Under the pieces are notes generated by a model. That model searched no databases. It was not told the origin of the DNA and saw nothing but the letters and a program-made list of their open reading frames with translations. Shown one piece after another: positions 23,817 through 36,083 of a stretch of 64,000 bases of DNA. The position numbers and the translations under genes are program-made. Location of the stretch: contig LSRY02000025.1 in assembly GCA_001643675.2 (NCBI GenBank), positions 62,001 to 126,000 on the forward strand. Direction: 5' to 3'. This DNA is from Monocercomonoides exilis PA203 (taxonomy: Eukaryota; Protista; Preaxostyla). The first letter of the stretch is position 1. The number at the start of each line of letters is the position of its first letter.

Positions 23817-24067
23817 TTTTTTGGGGATACTGGAATTCCAGCATCCCTAATAAAAGATATGAGATGATAGAATCGTTAATGTTTTTATTATCGTATTGGC
23901 CGATTTGGCCGTTAGGTCACTGATTTTATAGAAAGTTAAATGACCCGGTGCACTGACATTCTTTTTTGATATTTCTTTTGTGAATAGTTTGTGTTTATTA
24001 AACATAAATGAAAAAATATGACTAATATAGGAATAAATAATGAGAACAGTTTAGATATATTTTTGAT

Positions 24068-24691
24068 TTAATATTCCAACATGTATTTCATTACGAATTT
24101 AACATAAGACATATCCAAAGGAGTTTCATCAAAATTTTTGAGCCAAACTCTGAAGTAATTTTGTTGAAAAACTGTTGATATTTATCTCTCTCTTGAAATT
24201 CATTGCAATACCTAACAAGTGAATCATTATCTTTATCTTCATGGATGAAATCCCCATGTAATGAAATGTGTTTCGGCTCTTCAAGTGCAATAGTATTTAT
24301 TAAATTTGAAGATTCAGTGTTGTTTTATTCAATTTTTCGGATCATTTTGCACCATATAACATGAAATTATCTTTTGTGTTTTGAATTTATTAACGCTTTT
24401 GGAAGATTAGTGATTAAAGTTGATGTTGTGTGATATCTTTTAACAAGCAAACCGATATGATAATTAATATCTATTTTCGACGAAATCGCTGGATGCACTT
24501 TATGTGCAGTCATTTTCTGAAAATTAAAATCCCAATGCATTTCAAAAATGAAATTATACATACATCGATTCAGGTGTTGGAAGTCTTGGAGGATCTTCAT
24601 TTTTTATTGCTGCTGTTAATAATAAACACTGGAATATTTGGACAATTGTTGATATTATTAATGTAGTACAAAGGACAATTTCATTTTTCAT
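24068..24691 (-). pseudogene. Putative minor capsid (penton, single jelly-roll) protein, frameshifted
   Basis: Fragments LPKALINSKHKR*FHVIWC, PKHISLHGDFIHEDKDNDSLVRYCNE and YFRVWLKNFDETPLDMSYVKFVMKYMLEY*. Beta-rich and directly downstream of the MCP candidate. Assignment is from pattern recall and position. Confidence 0.45.
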
Positions 24692-24760
24692 TTATGTATT
24701 TGTAATGATTGACTATTTCATTATTGATAAAAATAAAAAATATATTTATAATTGGTTGGT

Positions 24761-26521
24761 TTATTCTTCTAATTCTCCAGCAGGAGTATATCCTAACGCT
24801 CTTAATACATCTTCTGCAGTATGATCTTTAACATATTGAACATTTAATCCATCTTAAAGACTAAAAATCCAAAATGATTGTTGAACCATGTTGAATAGAG
24901 GAGCAGGGGGATGTCTTGCATTTTGAGTGAGATCATCTCTAACGTTGTAATTAGTATCTGTTTCTCCACTGTAAATGGGAGTTCCTCTGAGTTCAACAGA
25001 AACAGGAGTATTTCCAGTGTGAATTCCATCAAAACAGATTCCAGTTCCACCACTTCTCTCACACTGTGTTGTGAACATGAATGACGTATCATCAGTTGTT
25101 GGAAAGAAGACTTCAGAAGCATTATTTTTGACACTTGTGAGACTCTCTTCATACTCCTCAGTTGCAGGGAATAAAGAATCAAGATCTGAAGCATTAAACA
25201 TCATCTGGAAAAACGTTGCATCTGTAGTATTTAAAGGCTTTTCCGGGAATCGTCTATCACCGATGTAGAGTTGGAGCTCTTTATATTGAGGGTTATCAAA
25301 TGTTGTCCAATGACGAGTATCTTTTTGGAATGGAGTAACTGTTGACATAACATGATTAAAGCATAAGTTGTCATGGCACTGTTGAAATCCTGAAGGAGTA
25401 GGAGCACTTCCTAATCTTTTTGTCTCAATTCTTTGTGAAGGAACAACAAATGGATGAGAAGAGAAGTATTCAACAAGATTTGTTAAACACTGAGAAGACA
25501 CATTATATCCCGCAATAGAGATCTTACAGTCTTTCGTCTGGCAGAATGTGACTGTAGGAGTGAACTCAGGAATAATAGTTTCATAATTGAATCCATCAAC
25601 AGTTCCTTCAGCAGTTAAGTCATAATTGAATACAAACTGACGTGAAGGACAGTTTATTTGTGTGAACTTCTTTGCATACTCAAAACATGAATCAGGAGTA
25701 GCAAGGATCATCTTCATTATGCTATCGTAGTTTTGTCCTTGTGAAGATTTGAAGTAGTTTCTTCGTTTTCCTACAGTTTTGATCATGGACATTTTTGGAG
25801 ATACTCGACAGTAAACAAGTGCTTCAGGTATTATGGTGTATTTCAATTTCAAATCTCCGAATAAACGATTAGGATAATCAATAAATCCTGATAACAGAAG
25901 AATATCATCAAGAGGAATGGATATTGGAATATCAATATCAAGATAAGATCCTGCTTTAATTAGTGTTATCGGAACGTAGACTCCACAAGCAGAATTATCA
26001 TATTTGTGCACATTATCATATAAAGAGTGTATATGTTTTCGATTATCTTTCTCAGTTTTTGGCTTGATTGTGTTTTATTTAAATGATTCAATAGTTGCAT
26101 TGGGCTGACGAGTCGAATCAATAATCTTATCTTCTCCATGAACAACACAATAATCTGAGATAATATTAGATCCTGATCTCAGTCCGATGAACATAAATTG
26201 AGACTCAAGCGGTTTCTTTCCTGCTTGTGAGATCTCATTATCGCGTGTAACAAGATCATGAGAGAAATTGATTCTTGCAGTAATGACTGTAGTGATAAAT
26301 AAATCGTGAATTTGTGTGACATTCACATTTGCGTTAGTCATAGATATGTTTATTTCATGAGTGTAATCCAAAGGAAGTTTTTCATCAGGAATAGCTTCTG
26401 AAATTGAATAATAGTGTCTTCCATCGTTGATTGCAGTCATTTTTGAATAAGTTTTTAATGCAGCCTCAATATTTCCAACAGGCTGTAACCCAAGTGCTTT
26501 TGTAACATGCAGATTTGACAT
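24761..26521 (-). pseudogene. Putative double jelly-roll major capsid protein (~585 codons, two in-frame TAA)
   Basis: ORFs 26075-26521 and 24854-26011 plus a C-terminal extension lie in one frame. Beta-rich, with IDIPISIPLDDILLLSGFIDYPNRLFGDLKLKYTI. Size and context fit an MCP. Confidence 0.65.
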
Positions 26522-26579
26522 TTCGTACTTTGAAGAAGATAAAAACTTGAAGAATATAATTTTTAATCGCTATCAAAAT

Positions 26580-26939
26580 ATGTCAGCTGGAATTTGGATC
26601 AAAATGAAAAACTTTTTCTCGAATACATTTAATACAGTGAAAAATGGTATTAAATGGGTGAACGATAAGGTAGTGAAGCCTCTTATTCGACCTGTATTGA
26701 ATACTGTATCACCATTCCTTCCTGGTCCTGGAAAACTAATTAATAACGTTTTCAACACAGTAAGTGATTTTGCAGATAATGCTCTAGGAAACAGAAGCAG
26801 AAACATCTCTTACGATCTGCAAAATTCTAATAATTCGGGAGCATTAAACAGATCAGGAGTAATGAATCGAGCAACATCGAGTACATCAGATATTCTAAAG
26901 CAAGGATTGCTTAACAGAAGAATTCAACTTTTAAAATAA
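26580..26939 (+). CDS. Small basic protein with N-terminal amphipathic helix (adenovirus pVI-like)
   Basis: MSAGIWIKMKNFFSNTFNTVKNGIKWVNDKVVKP, transcribed divergently from the MCP gene. Confidence 0.55.
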   Translation: MSAGIWIKMKNFFSNTFNTVKNGIKWVNDKVVKPLIRPVLNTVSPFLPGPGKLINNVFNTVSDFADNALGNRSRNISYDLQNSNNSGALNRSGVMNRATSSTSDILKQGLLNRRIQLLK

Positions 26940-27632
26940 AATTATTAATTGAATCCACAAAAATATTTTTCACTTTATGTTATTATTTATTTTTGTATTT
27001 ATAATTTGTTTAGAATTGTTCTTCTTCAACATCCATCTTTTTAGTAATTGCTGAAGATAAAGAAGACGAAGAAGCTGATGACGATAAACTTGAGCCTTGA
27101 TTAGATTTGATCAATATTTCAATAAAAGGATTCTGAAGATCCGGATTTGTATTAATTAATGGCACAAAATTTGTCAAAGGATTTAGAGAAGTGAATATCA
27201 TTTTCGCAACTTGAATCGTTGTTAAAGCATATCTTTTAATGAGAACATCGAAATCGTCATCAGTTAATCGAGAGAAGAATGCTTTCCAATACTTCCTGCG
27301 CTTTGATATCACATTTTCTTTATCGATAAACATATTGTAAATACCGATATATGGATTGATAGCCATCATCATATCATAAATCAAACACTGTCTGTATATT
27401 ACAGAATTAATTTTTGTTAGATGCTGACTGTAGGTGAATTTCTTATTTTCACATAATTTTCTCACATCATCACTTGTGTCGAAACTTAATTGAAACCTCT
27501 CAAGGATCTGTGAAACTACTCTCTTTTGAAATCAATATCCATTCTGTCAACTTGTCCTTTATGAAGATTCTTCAAATAATCAACATATTTGTTCTCACGT
27601 CTGTCATTCAAGTTTGGATATTTATCAATATA

Positions 27633-30196
27633 CAGTCGGTGCCAAAGCCGATCCTTGGTGCGAAACCCGAACCAAGAGAGAGAGAGAGAGAGAGAGAGAA
27701 TGCAATCATTTTTCGAAGTTGTAAAAAGTATTTCTTGAATAAAAGATAAAATATATATAACAATTCGTTGAAACCAGGTATTTGGCAAAATATATAGTAA
27801 TTTTCAAATGAAATAATTAACAAAGAAAATTCATTTTGTGTTTGTTTTATTATTGGTATGGTCAAAAATAATTGATATGAAGCAATTCTTTAAAAGAAAA
27901 CTTCTTGTTAGTTCTTCAAAATGGTGTGAAGGCTAGAGTTTTATTCTGCAGTTGAATTTTGAGTAGTATGTTTCTCTAATGCGTTTCTCTTTCGTATTAA
28001 ATGAAGGAGAAATTTCTCTGGGAGGGTGATCAAAATCTCTGTTATCATTTTTTGAAGTTGATTTCACTTCTTTTTCATCGTCTTTTAGTATTTCAATCAT
28101 TCTCTTTGCTTTTTTTCTCGATAACTTTTTTTCCTTTGCTGGTTCTTTATTTAACATTTCATTAAGTTCTTACCTACTATGTTTGTTCTTTCGTTTCATT
28201 TCAGAAGAAGATAAAGTTGGTTTTCAAATTTTCATCAGCTGTTTTTGAAGATAATGTAAATGCTCTTTTGTTGATTCAATTTGTTTCATTAGCTCTGAAT
28301 CATCCATCTCTTTTGCTTCTTCTGATGATTTTTCTTCAGTGGAGTTTTCGTCTGTGGAAAATTTTATTGTTGAATTTATACTGTGATCATCGATAAATGT
28401 TGAGCGATTTTTTATTATTTCAGAATCGTGGAAAGATGAATGTTTTGAAGATTGTAAAGAAGATAATTGTTTATCGCTATGAGGAGAAAAATTCCCAAAC
28501 AACTCTTCTCTCCAATCTTGCGAAGAAACTGAAGTATTAGAATTGCATTTGTGATTTTGGATGTGGGATCTAGATATGCGATCCAAGACTGTGGCAGCTG
28601 CAACAGGCCAGACGCCTGCTTTTATGAACGCTGCTTTAATAGTCGAAGGCATTACCGCAGCAGCAACTGCTTCAGGGAGTGTGTCTGCAAGGGAAGATCT
28701 GTAGGAATGAATCGAAAACGGAACAGGAACGTGAAATTTATTGAAAAGAGTTGTTTTCAAACGAGAAAAGATGCACGAGTCGCACTGTTGTAATAGATGG
28801 GTCAAATTTGGTGGAAAACACTTCAAAATGATATCGTGTTTCTCTGCAAAATCTGCAACAGAATTGTCTGAATGAGTTCCATGATTATCCATTAGGAACA
28901 GGGCTTTATGCGTCGATGTTGGTTTAACTTTAGAGACAATCGCAGGTATCCAAAAATTGATCATGATGTTTTTAAATATTTCTTTAGTTATCCAACCGGA
29001 TGAAGAAGGAAGAACTTTGATGTCGAACGCAGAAAGAGATGAAAATTTTTGTGGCAAACTTTTCATGGGCCAAAGAAGAAATCGTTGAAGTGAAGAACCA
29101 TCTGCACAGACACACAGACACAAAGTTGAATTAGGAACTTTTGGAGGAGCTGTTGAAGCAGGCGGAATTTGATTTTTTAAACAAACAACCAGTTTTCTTG
29201 TGCTTTCACTTAAATTCAACGAAGATTCATCAAAATTAAATATACTCGATGAATCAATGTTATTCCTGCTAATAACTTCAGACAATTCTCCAAACCATTG
29301 TCTCACATTCTCTGGCGATTGTGCTGCTATTTTTGATAACTCAATAGGTCTCGATACTGCTGCATGTATAATTTCACTTCTTTTTAAAAGCTTGTATGCG
29401 AACTTTTCGTTGAGTTTTTTTGGTTCTTTATTTTCACCACACTCTTTTTCAAGAATATCCGCACACTAAGAAAAAAATTTCTGAAAAGAAAAAAAATAAA
29501 AAATAAATCAAACCATGTTCTGGACATCGTGCACTTTAATTGTTTCTTTTTCTGATAATTTGACAAGGACTTGATTTTCAATTATATCGAGCTGGCGCGC
29601 GTTAATTGTTAGAGGATGCCCATCCACTCCAACATCTCTTCCTTCCTTCTCCGCTTTAACACCTCTGAACCAAGCACCTTTGGAAATAATATTTTCGCCA
29701 ACAACAGTTTGCCATTTCAGTGAATGATCACGGCGTATAGCAAATATCTTTTGGTTGTTGAATGAATGGAACGATATTTGCTGGATGCGAGTTCGCGATG
29801 AAGTTGAAGAGGAGAAAGATATGTTGAGTTTCTCATGACATATGGGGTATGATCAAATGAACAATCATTGAAACTTTTGATTAGTGATGTATTTGTTAAT
29901 TTTTTTATGTTAATAATATGTTTTAATTCGCAACAAAACAAATATAAATATATGGAATTATTTCTTTTTGTTGTGAACACAAAAAATGAAAGATTCATTG
30001 ATTACAAAAACATCAGCCAAAATAATGAATTGAGTTCTTGTTATTTCTTTTAATTGATTAATGATTATTCCAGATGCAACTGCCTTGGAAATATCTTCAA
30101 AAAATTCAATATAGAGATAATTTTACAGAAATGAACAAGATCAATGTTTATGCAAGGATCGAATTTCGCACCAAGGATCGGCTTTGGCACCGACTG
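27633..30196 (-). mobile_element. pogo-like Tc1/mariner DNA transposon
   Basis: Perfect 33-bp TIR CAGTCGGTGCCAAAGCCGATCCTTGGTGCGAAA. TA TSD at 27631-27632 and 30197-30198. Confidence 0.95.
28224..29836 (-). CDS. pogo DDE_1 transposase (DD35D) with predicted 48-nt intron 29466-29513
   Basis: IFNFDES, FLMDNHGTH, THLLQQCD (35 aa between D2 and D3). A phase-0 GT-AG intron joins VQNM to CADIL. One homopolymer frameshift in exon 1. Confidence 0.88.
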
Positions 30197-30697
30197 TAAT
30201 TACTCATAAGTTTTCTTCTCTTGCGCTCATTTCCTGTTGTATATCCATCAACAGCATATATATCACTATTAGGAGTTTTCCAAATGATCTTATCGGGAGT
30301 ATCAGGGTTGTTATCATGATCGATTAAATCGAAACTCCAATCTTTTCCTTCTTTCCAAAGTTTATTTCGTTTCAGATAGTTTTTCCCTGACTGTTCACTC
30401 ATGAGATCTTTAAAATATCGTATTTCCTGTTGTTGATCAAGTATAATATGTTTCAATTCATCCATTCCAAGTTTTTCTTTTGGACCACCTGCATGTGACT
30501 TTTTTCTATTGGTGGGATCTGATGAAAATAGTGAAATTCCTTTTTTTGGTAACTCAAGCAGATTTGGACTGTTTGACATCAGTAGTTCTTATATACAAGA
30601 TAAAAATGTTTTTATCAGATTGAAATACTAAATAATTATCATTATGAAAAGTTGACAGATTCTAAAAGAAATCAACTCGAGATCCTTAGAGACAATC

Positions 30698-31606
30698 GTG
30701 AATAGAAGAAACAGAGATGCAGAATTAGATATCACGCATGAGATTCAATCAGATAAACATCCAGATCTGTTTTTCAAACGCAATTCTGTTAATTTGCTTG
30801 TAGGAGGAAGAGGAAATAGAAAAACATATAGTGTTTTGAAAGAACAAGCTAAAGTGAGTGCATTAGATGAATTATATCAAGAATATGATGTCACTCCTGA
30901 GTTGCATTTTGGAGGCAATTCATTATTTGTGTATGTGTCTGACAAGAGTTGTGATCAAATATTTGAGAGGATGAAGAAATTTATTGAATTTCCAATAGTG
31001 CAAGAGAGATATAATGAAGCTTTAAAAACACTAACTGATATCAGTAATGCCAAAGAACTATATCGTGACATACGCAATAGAAAACAACAGGATGATTCAG
31101 TTGTGAATGCTGTATTAGAGACACTGCATATAGAAGACTTTTCTCAACCTGTTCATCACACAGCAGTTTTATTTGATGATTGCATGGAGATGTTCAAAAA
31201 GAAAGATGGAATATTAAGATTACTGTTTGAGAATAGACAGCCTATGATCACATACTTCTTATGCTTACAAGATCCAAAAGGAATATGCTCAGAAGTGAAA
31301 GCTAATTTGGACACTCTGTGGATATTTGGAGGATTCTCCAAATTGAAGTTCAATCATGTATATTATCAGTTGCAGACTAATCAAGATCGTGATACTCTAT
31401 GGGAAGGCTACAAAAATTTAAGTCGAAGAGACATCATGCACTTCTCATATGATGATGACGGGACAAAAATAAAGACTATTATTAGTGCTAAAAAGGATGA
31501 CCCCCGACAGGGAAGAAACGAAGTTTCCGGACACTTTGTGTCTTCAGAACTAAGCGATAAGAACAGAAGAACAGCTATCAACGTGAGATATGTTAGAAAT
31601 ATTTAA
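30698..31606 (+). CDS. A32/FtsK-HerA-like genome packaging ATPase, Walker A degenerate
   Basis: LLVGGRGNRKT (Walker A with G-to-R), AVLFDD (Walker B), ENRQ, LCLQ, KAN. Confidence 0.85.
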   Translation: MNRRNRDAELDITHEIQSDKHPDLFFKRNSVNLLVGGRGNRKTYSVLKEQAKVSALDELYQEYDVTPELHFGGNSLFVYVSDKSCDQIFERMKKFIEFPIVQERYNEALKTLTDISNAKELYRDIRNRKQQDDSVVNAVLETLHIEDFSQPVHHTAVLFDDCMEMFKKKDGILRLLFENRQPMITYFLCLQDPKGICSEVKANLDTLWIFGGFSKLKFNHVYYQLQTNQDRDTLWEGYKNLSRRDIMHFSYDDDGTKIKTIISAKKDDPRQGRNEVSGHFVSSELSDKNRRTAINVRYVRNI

Positions 31607-31609
31607 AGA

Positions 31610-31950
31610 ATTCTATTATTTTTCAAAGTTTCCACAACGATTTCCATTTGTTTGGACAAAATATTGATTGTATAAATAATTTCAGAATCGTTCGACAAAT
31701 TTCAAAACAAGAAATTATTTGCAGATTTCTTTAGTGATATCCTGTTATTGAGTTTAGTGATTCTATATCCTTCTATGTGATATTGCTTATTGAGTTTTCA
31801 TGTGGATAGCTTATTCATCTCTTCTTCATTATCTGTTAGATATTCTTTGAACTCCTGAACTGTTTCAAATGTTTTAATATCAGGTGAAAAAGGTTCAATT
31901 ATTGTTATATCTGGTAATTCTTTTTTAACAATTTTAGCTGTTTTTGACAT
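31610..31950 (-). pseudogene. Small Polinton hypothetical protein with in-frame TGA
   Basis: MSKTAKIVKK...NKLST*KLNKQYHIEGYRITKLNN reads on past the stop. 3' end approximate. Confidence 0.5.
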
Positions 31951-32007
31951 CTTTTGAAAGAAGATAAAAATAAAAATCACAAACGTTTTATTTACTAATG
32001 ATATTCA

Positions 32008-32354
32008 TTACTGTTTTATATCTTTATTTTCATCAGTGCTATCTGGTATGTTCTTTTTTAAATCTTTTCATCACGAAGTGCCGGGAACAGCAAACTGTTT
32101 TCACAATATTTTCTATAAGCCTCTTCAATAGAAATGTATTTAGCATTATTGAGAATTGTTTGGACCTCTTTTAAAGTGTCTTCACTTTCGAACATGTGTT
32201 TTGAAAGCATTTTTATGACAGTTTGTTGAATTGAATGTGAATGCTTTTTAAAGAACTCATTTTGTAATTTGTATCTTTCTTGACTTTTTCTTATTTGCTG
32301 CAGTTGTTTTGCTTTTGCCTCTTCTTCTGATTCATATAACTTTTTTCTTCCCAT
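32008..32354 (-). CDS. Small basic helical protein (MGRKKLY...), possible DNA-binding
   Basis: 115 aa and intact in the mirror copy 53950-54297. Homologous to 36451-36702. Confidence 0.6.
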
Positions 32355-32462
32355 TGAATTTTAAAATGAATGAAAAAATATTTAAATTATTTTTTTATCA
32401 AATTATTATTGCAACTTGAATCGATAAAGATAATGATTCACTTTTATTTTAGATAGAAAATA

Positions 32463-32663
32463 AATGAACTGAAATTATTTAAAACAGTAAATATTTTAGA
32501 TCACACTAAAGTGTGTGAAAAAGCACCTCATTCTTCAAATGTATATGCTTTATTCAAGTTGAAATTTATGAATTTTCTAATGAGATGAAATTTTGAGCCA
32601 TAATGTGAGTGATTTGGGCCACATTTTTAAATGTGGGTTTAATTACTCGCATTATATAGCAGT
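32463..32663 (-). repeat. Polinton right terminal inverted repeat
   Basis: Ends ...TTAATTACTCGCATTATATAGCAGT. Confidence 0.9.
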
Positions 32664-33399
32664 CGCCTGAACGAATGAATGAAGAGGAAGAAGAAGATGA
32701 TGATAAAGATGAGGAGGAGGAGGAAGAAACATGTTATGATTGAAATCTCTAAAAGAGAATTTATGCAAAAAAGCCAAAGACAACGTTGGGAATGAAAAAT
32801 TGACAGAGATTCCATGATGCAAGAAGAAAAATTATAATTATCAAAGAAAAAAGAATGAGAGAAATCAATGAAGCATTGAATATAATCGAATGAGAAAACA
32901 AGATGTTTGATAAGAACACTGAAAGAAAATTATTGAACAATTTGCTTTCAATACGATTGAATACGATTAGGAAGCCCAAAAATGATGAATGAATAAAGTC
33001 TGGAAGGGAAAATACTGAAAACGGACTTCAAACATTTTCGAGAGGTTTGTTGTTATTCTTTTTGATTTTCGAAATGATTCTTTTTCACATTCAGGATATT
33101 TAAAGAATTGGAGATCGTACGACAAAGAAGAAGATAATCAGAAAGTGATGAAAAAGGAGAATGAAAAAAGAACCAATTATGGAGAAGGCTCAGACGCTAT
33201 TTATTTCATTGATACCTGACACTCAGCTGTTGAGAAGAATAGTTTCAGAGGAAGGATGATTTAAATGAGCAAAGGAAAGTTAAAGTTGAAAATGAGGAAA
33301 AGGCAATTAATTAAAGAAGTTTTGCAATATGTTATTATTTAACATAGATTAAAGAGGAAAGATTGAGTTGAATGAATGACAGTATTGATGTAGATTGTG

Positions 33400-33900
33400 C
33401 TATCTATCCAAATAACATGCCCAAACTCACTTCTATCTCACTTCCACAGCTGCTGACGAGATCCTTTGCCACTCTTCCTTAAGATTCTCTTTCTGACAAT
33501 GATCCATTTTCATCAAACTTGTTCCAATCAACCTCCTCTTTTTTTCCTTTTTCTGTGCAATAGAAAAACACAGATTGCAGGGATGAAGAAGACATCCGTT
33601 GAATTTAATAGCCATCCTGCTAGGTGGTTTTCTTATTTCCAAACTCGAAAGAGCAGAAACGAAATGCCTGAAAAGGGGCTAAGATGATATACAGTTCCAA
33701 TTAAGTTTCTCTTTTTGGAAGCCCCATAAAAGTCACACGCAACATGTTATTGCTTCATCAGAGCAAGGAAATGAATAGAACGACAGCGTTGTGGCAGACG
33801 GAATTGAAGCAAGAGAAATAGTTATTACGAATAGCTGAGCCGTTATTTGTGAATCAGAAGGGATAGGCACATACGCCTCCAGCGACTCTGTCAAAAATCA
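33400..33900 (-). pseudogene. Degraded fragment of the host beta-helix/receptor family
   Basis: FDENGSLSERE..GRVAKDLVSSCGSEIEVSLGMLFG matches FDSNGFLSEREVEGSVAKDLISSCGNEMEVSVSVLFG in ORF 44984-46216. Confidence 0.6.
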
Positions 33901-36083
33901 CAATATGAACATTCCATTTATAGACACTTTCTTGTGAGTCAGATGCAGTTCACAATCGAGATTTATTGCGGTTGTGAAGCACATCCATTAATTGAGCAGG
34001 CATCGAAAATGACTGAAGAGCTATGTGAGAACAAGGATTCAAGCCCAAGGGCAGAGGGAGCTCCTCTCTGGGAGATGGTGCAGTTTGCGAGATAGACTAG
34101 ATCCGTGCTGCTATTACACTTGAACGTGCTGATTTGGAGTTCGATGAGCGAGATGTCAGTGAAGATGGAACGCATCACGCTGAAGGAACTTATTGACAGA
34201 TTTAACACTGGAAGAAGAGAATCACAAAACTGAAACCTCCAACTGTGAGATCTTCTTCGATGAGGAACTTAACGTTGTAGCTGATGACATTGTTGAAACA
34301 CGAGCAGAGGTGACAGCACAGATGGTGGAGAAGTTGGCATGGGAGAAAGAGGAATGAAAGGAGAAGTGCCGGTGGGTGAGGATGCAGGTGTTGAGAAAGG
34401 CAACAACATCAGCGTGTTTGCGAAGGCGAAATGAGCAGGAATATTTCTTAAAGAGAAAAATATGATTCGAATGTTGGAAAAACAACATTAACTTTTGATA
34501 AAGAGTACGACGGTGGAGAGGGATGCACAGGGGGTCATGCATGGAGCTAACATGGAGGGAAGAGGAGCCGGTATCCTGGTCGACAAGCATCTGGTGAGCG
34601 CTATCGAAGGTGATAAAGGGGAGGAGTTCGACAACATGGTCGGTGTCGGTCGGAGGTGTGGGATGTTTCGGAGATGGTGAATGAGGAAAGGGTGAGCGGA
34701 GTGAGTCTGAGGGAAAGGGCGTGAGGGATGGTCGTGCAGAGAGCAGCTTGAATCCGCAGCGCTCGTCGATGGCACTGAGGTAGGTGTTGGGCATATTCCA
34801 GTTGAAATGTGCTGCATCTTCCTCTGAGCTCGTCGAGGGCAAACTGCCTGGAGGCATCCACCTCCCCCAAGAACACACCGTAATACAAGCCATGGGCCTG
34901 TGCCTAGCTTCACCACCTCCTCTGGCCTCGCTGCGATCTTTACACATCCCCCGCCTTCGCTCCCCTTCTCCCCACCCCTGCAATCTTTTCACACCTGCTG
35001 CACTCCACCACGCTGCGGCTCCCGGTGCACTTGATCTGTGAAAACATTGTGCTCGCCACTTTGCCCAGTGTTTCTAGCTCGCATAGCACCAGCCTCTCAG
35101 AGCTGATTGTTATCAGCCCGAAAGTCATCCTCTCCGATTTCTAAAGTCACTCTAACATCTTCATTCAAGATCGAAACTGAATCAAGCAAGACTGCTGAAG
35201 AATTCTTAGAAACTTTGTCACATATCTGTCCAGCTTTCAAAGTGATTTTCGAAGAAGAAGAAATAGTACAGAGAAATATATTCAGAAAAGTGGTTGAATG
35301 GAATGTTCGCCAAGCAACTGAGGCAATACCAAAAATAAGGACAGAGGATGAAAAAGATGAGGTAATTATAGTTGTGGGCTTTTCAAGTGAAAAAGTGAAA
35401 ATTCATGAATTTCAATTCATTATAAAATAATATTATCTTTGTAATTTTTTTTCGAAAACTTTGATCAATTTGTTTAGATAACTTATTTTGAGAATTAATG
35501 TTTTTTAACAATAATTAACAACAAACTGTTGTTTATCTGATGAATATCTGTTAAACTGCTATATTTTTGCGTAAATGTTCATGTGTGTTGTTAAATTTCA
35601 ACATATGTTTTATGATCTTTAAAATTATATTTTCATTTTCTATTCAAGAGAGATTTGGCATACCTGCTATGGATCCATCTCGATGATGTCAATCAATATT
35701 ATCTATTTATGAATATCTAATGGTTGTTATCATCTTGTATAATAAGTTGGATAGGCAATTATAATATGATGGAGATCGTTTTATGTATATCTGATGGTTG
35801 TTATCATTTTGCACAATAATATAGAATAAGCAATGAGGAGAGATAGATGATCGAGAGTTATTGCTGGTATTCTCAGGGTTTTCGATGACTATGTTGGCAG
35901 TGATGTTCGATAAAGTTGGGGTTATTGATATGGTGTAATCGAGATGGATCTATAGCTGACATAACATATCTCCGGGAAGGAGAATTAGCTAAAAGATTAA
36001 CTGGAAGATTAACGAAAGTTATTTTCAAGTTGGTAAATTAGTGGTGAAATTGTGTGAAAATTGGTGTTATCGTTGATGAAATA

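Larger units (their letters stand above)
27010..30579 (-). pseudogene. Polinton hypothetical protein (~335 aa) split by the pogo insertion
   Basis: Removing the element and one TA joins ...RKLMSN-Y-IDKYPNLNDRR... in frame. Confidence 0.75.
2811..32663. mobile_element. Polinton/Maverick-like endogenous virus, decayed, with nested insertions
   Basis: ~200-bp TIRs enclose pPolB, rve integrase, A32-like ATPase, putative MCP and mCP, primase-helicase and KilA-N. Confidence 0.92.

Noticed and set aside
20661-23867. ORFs 20661-20948 and 23499-23867 as duplicated genes
   Set aside because: They are translations of the inverted repeat, overlap the primase gene ends and diverge outside the repeat.
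4693-26521. In-frame TAA/TAG in polB, fibre and MCP genes suggesting TAR=Gln recoding, as in some oxymonads
   Set aside because: In-frame TGA also occurs (5935, 19351, 31798). Genes end normally in TAA/TAG, and Gln is almost always CAA/CAG. Sparse stops fit decay better.
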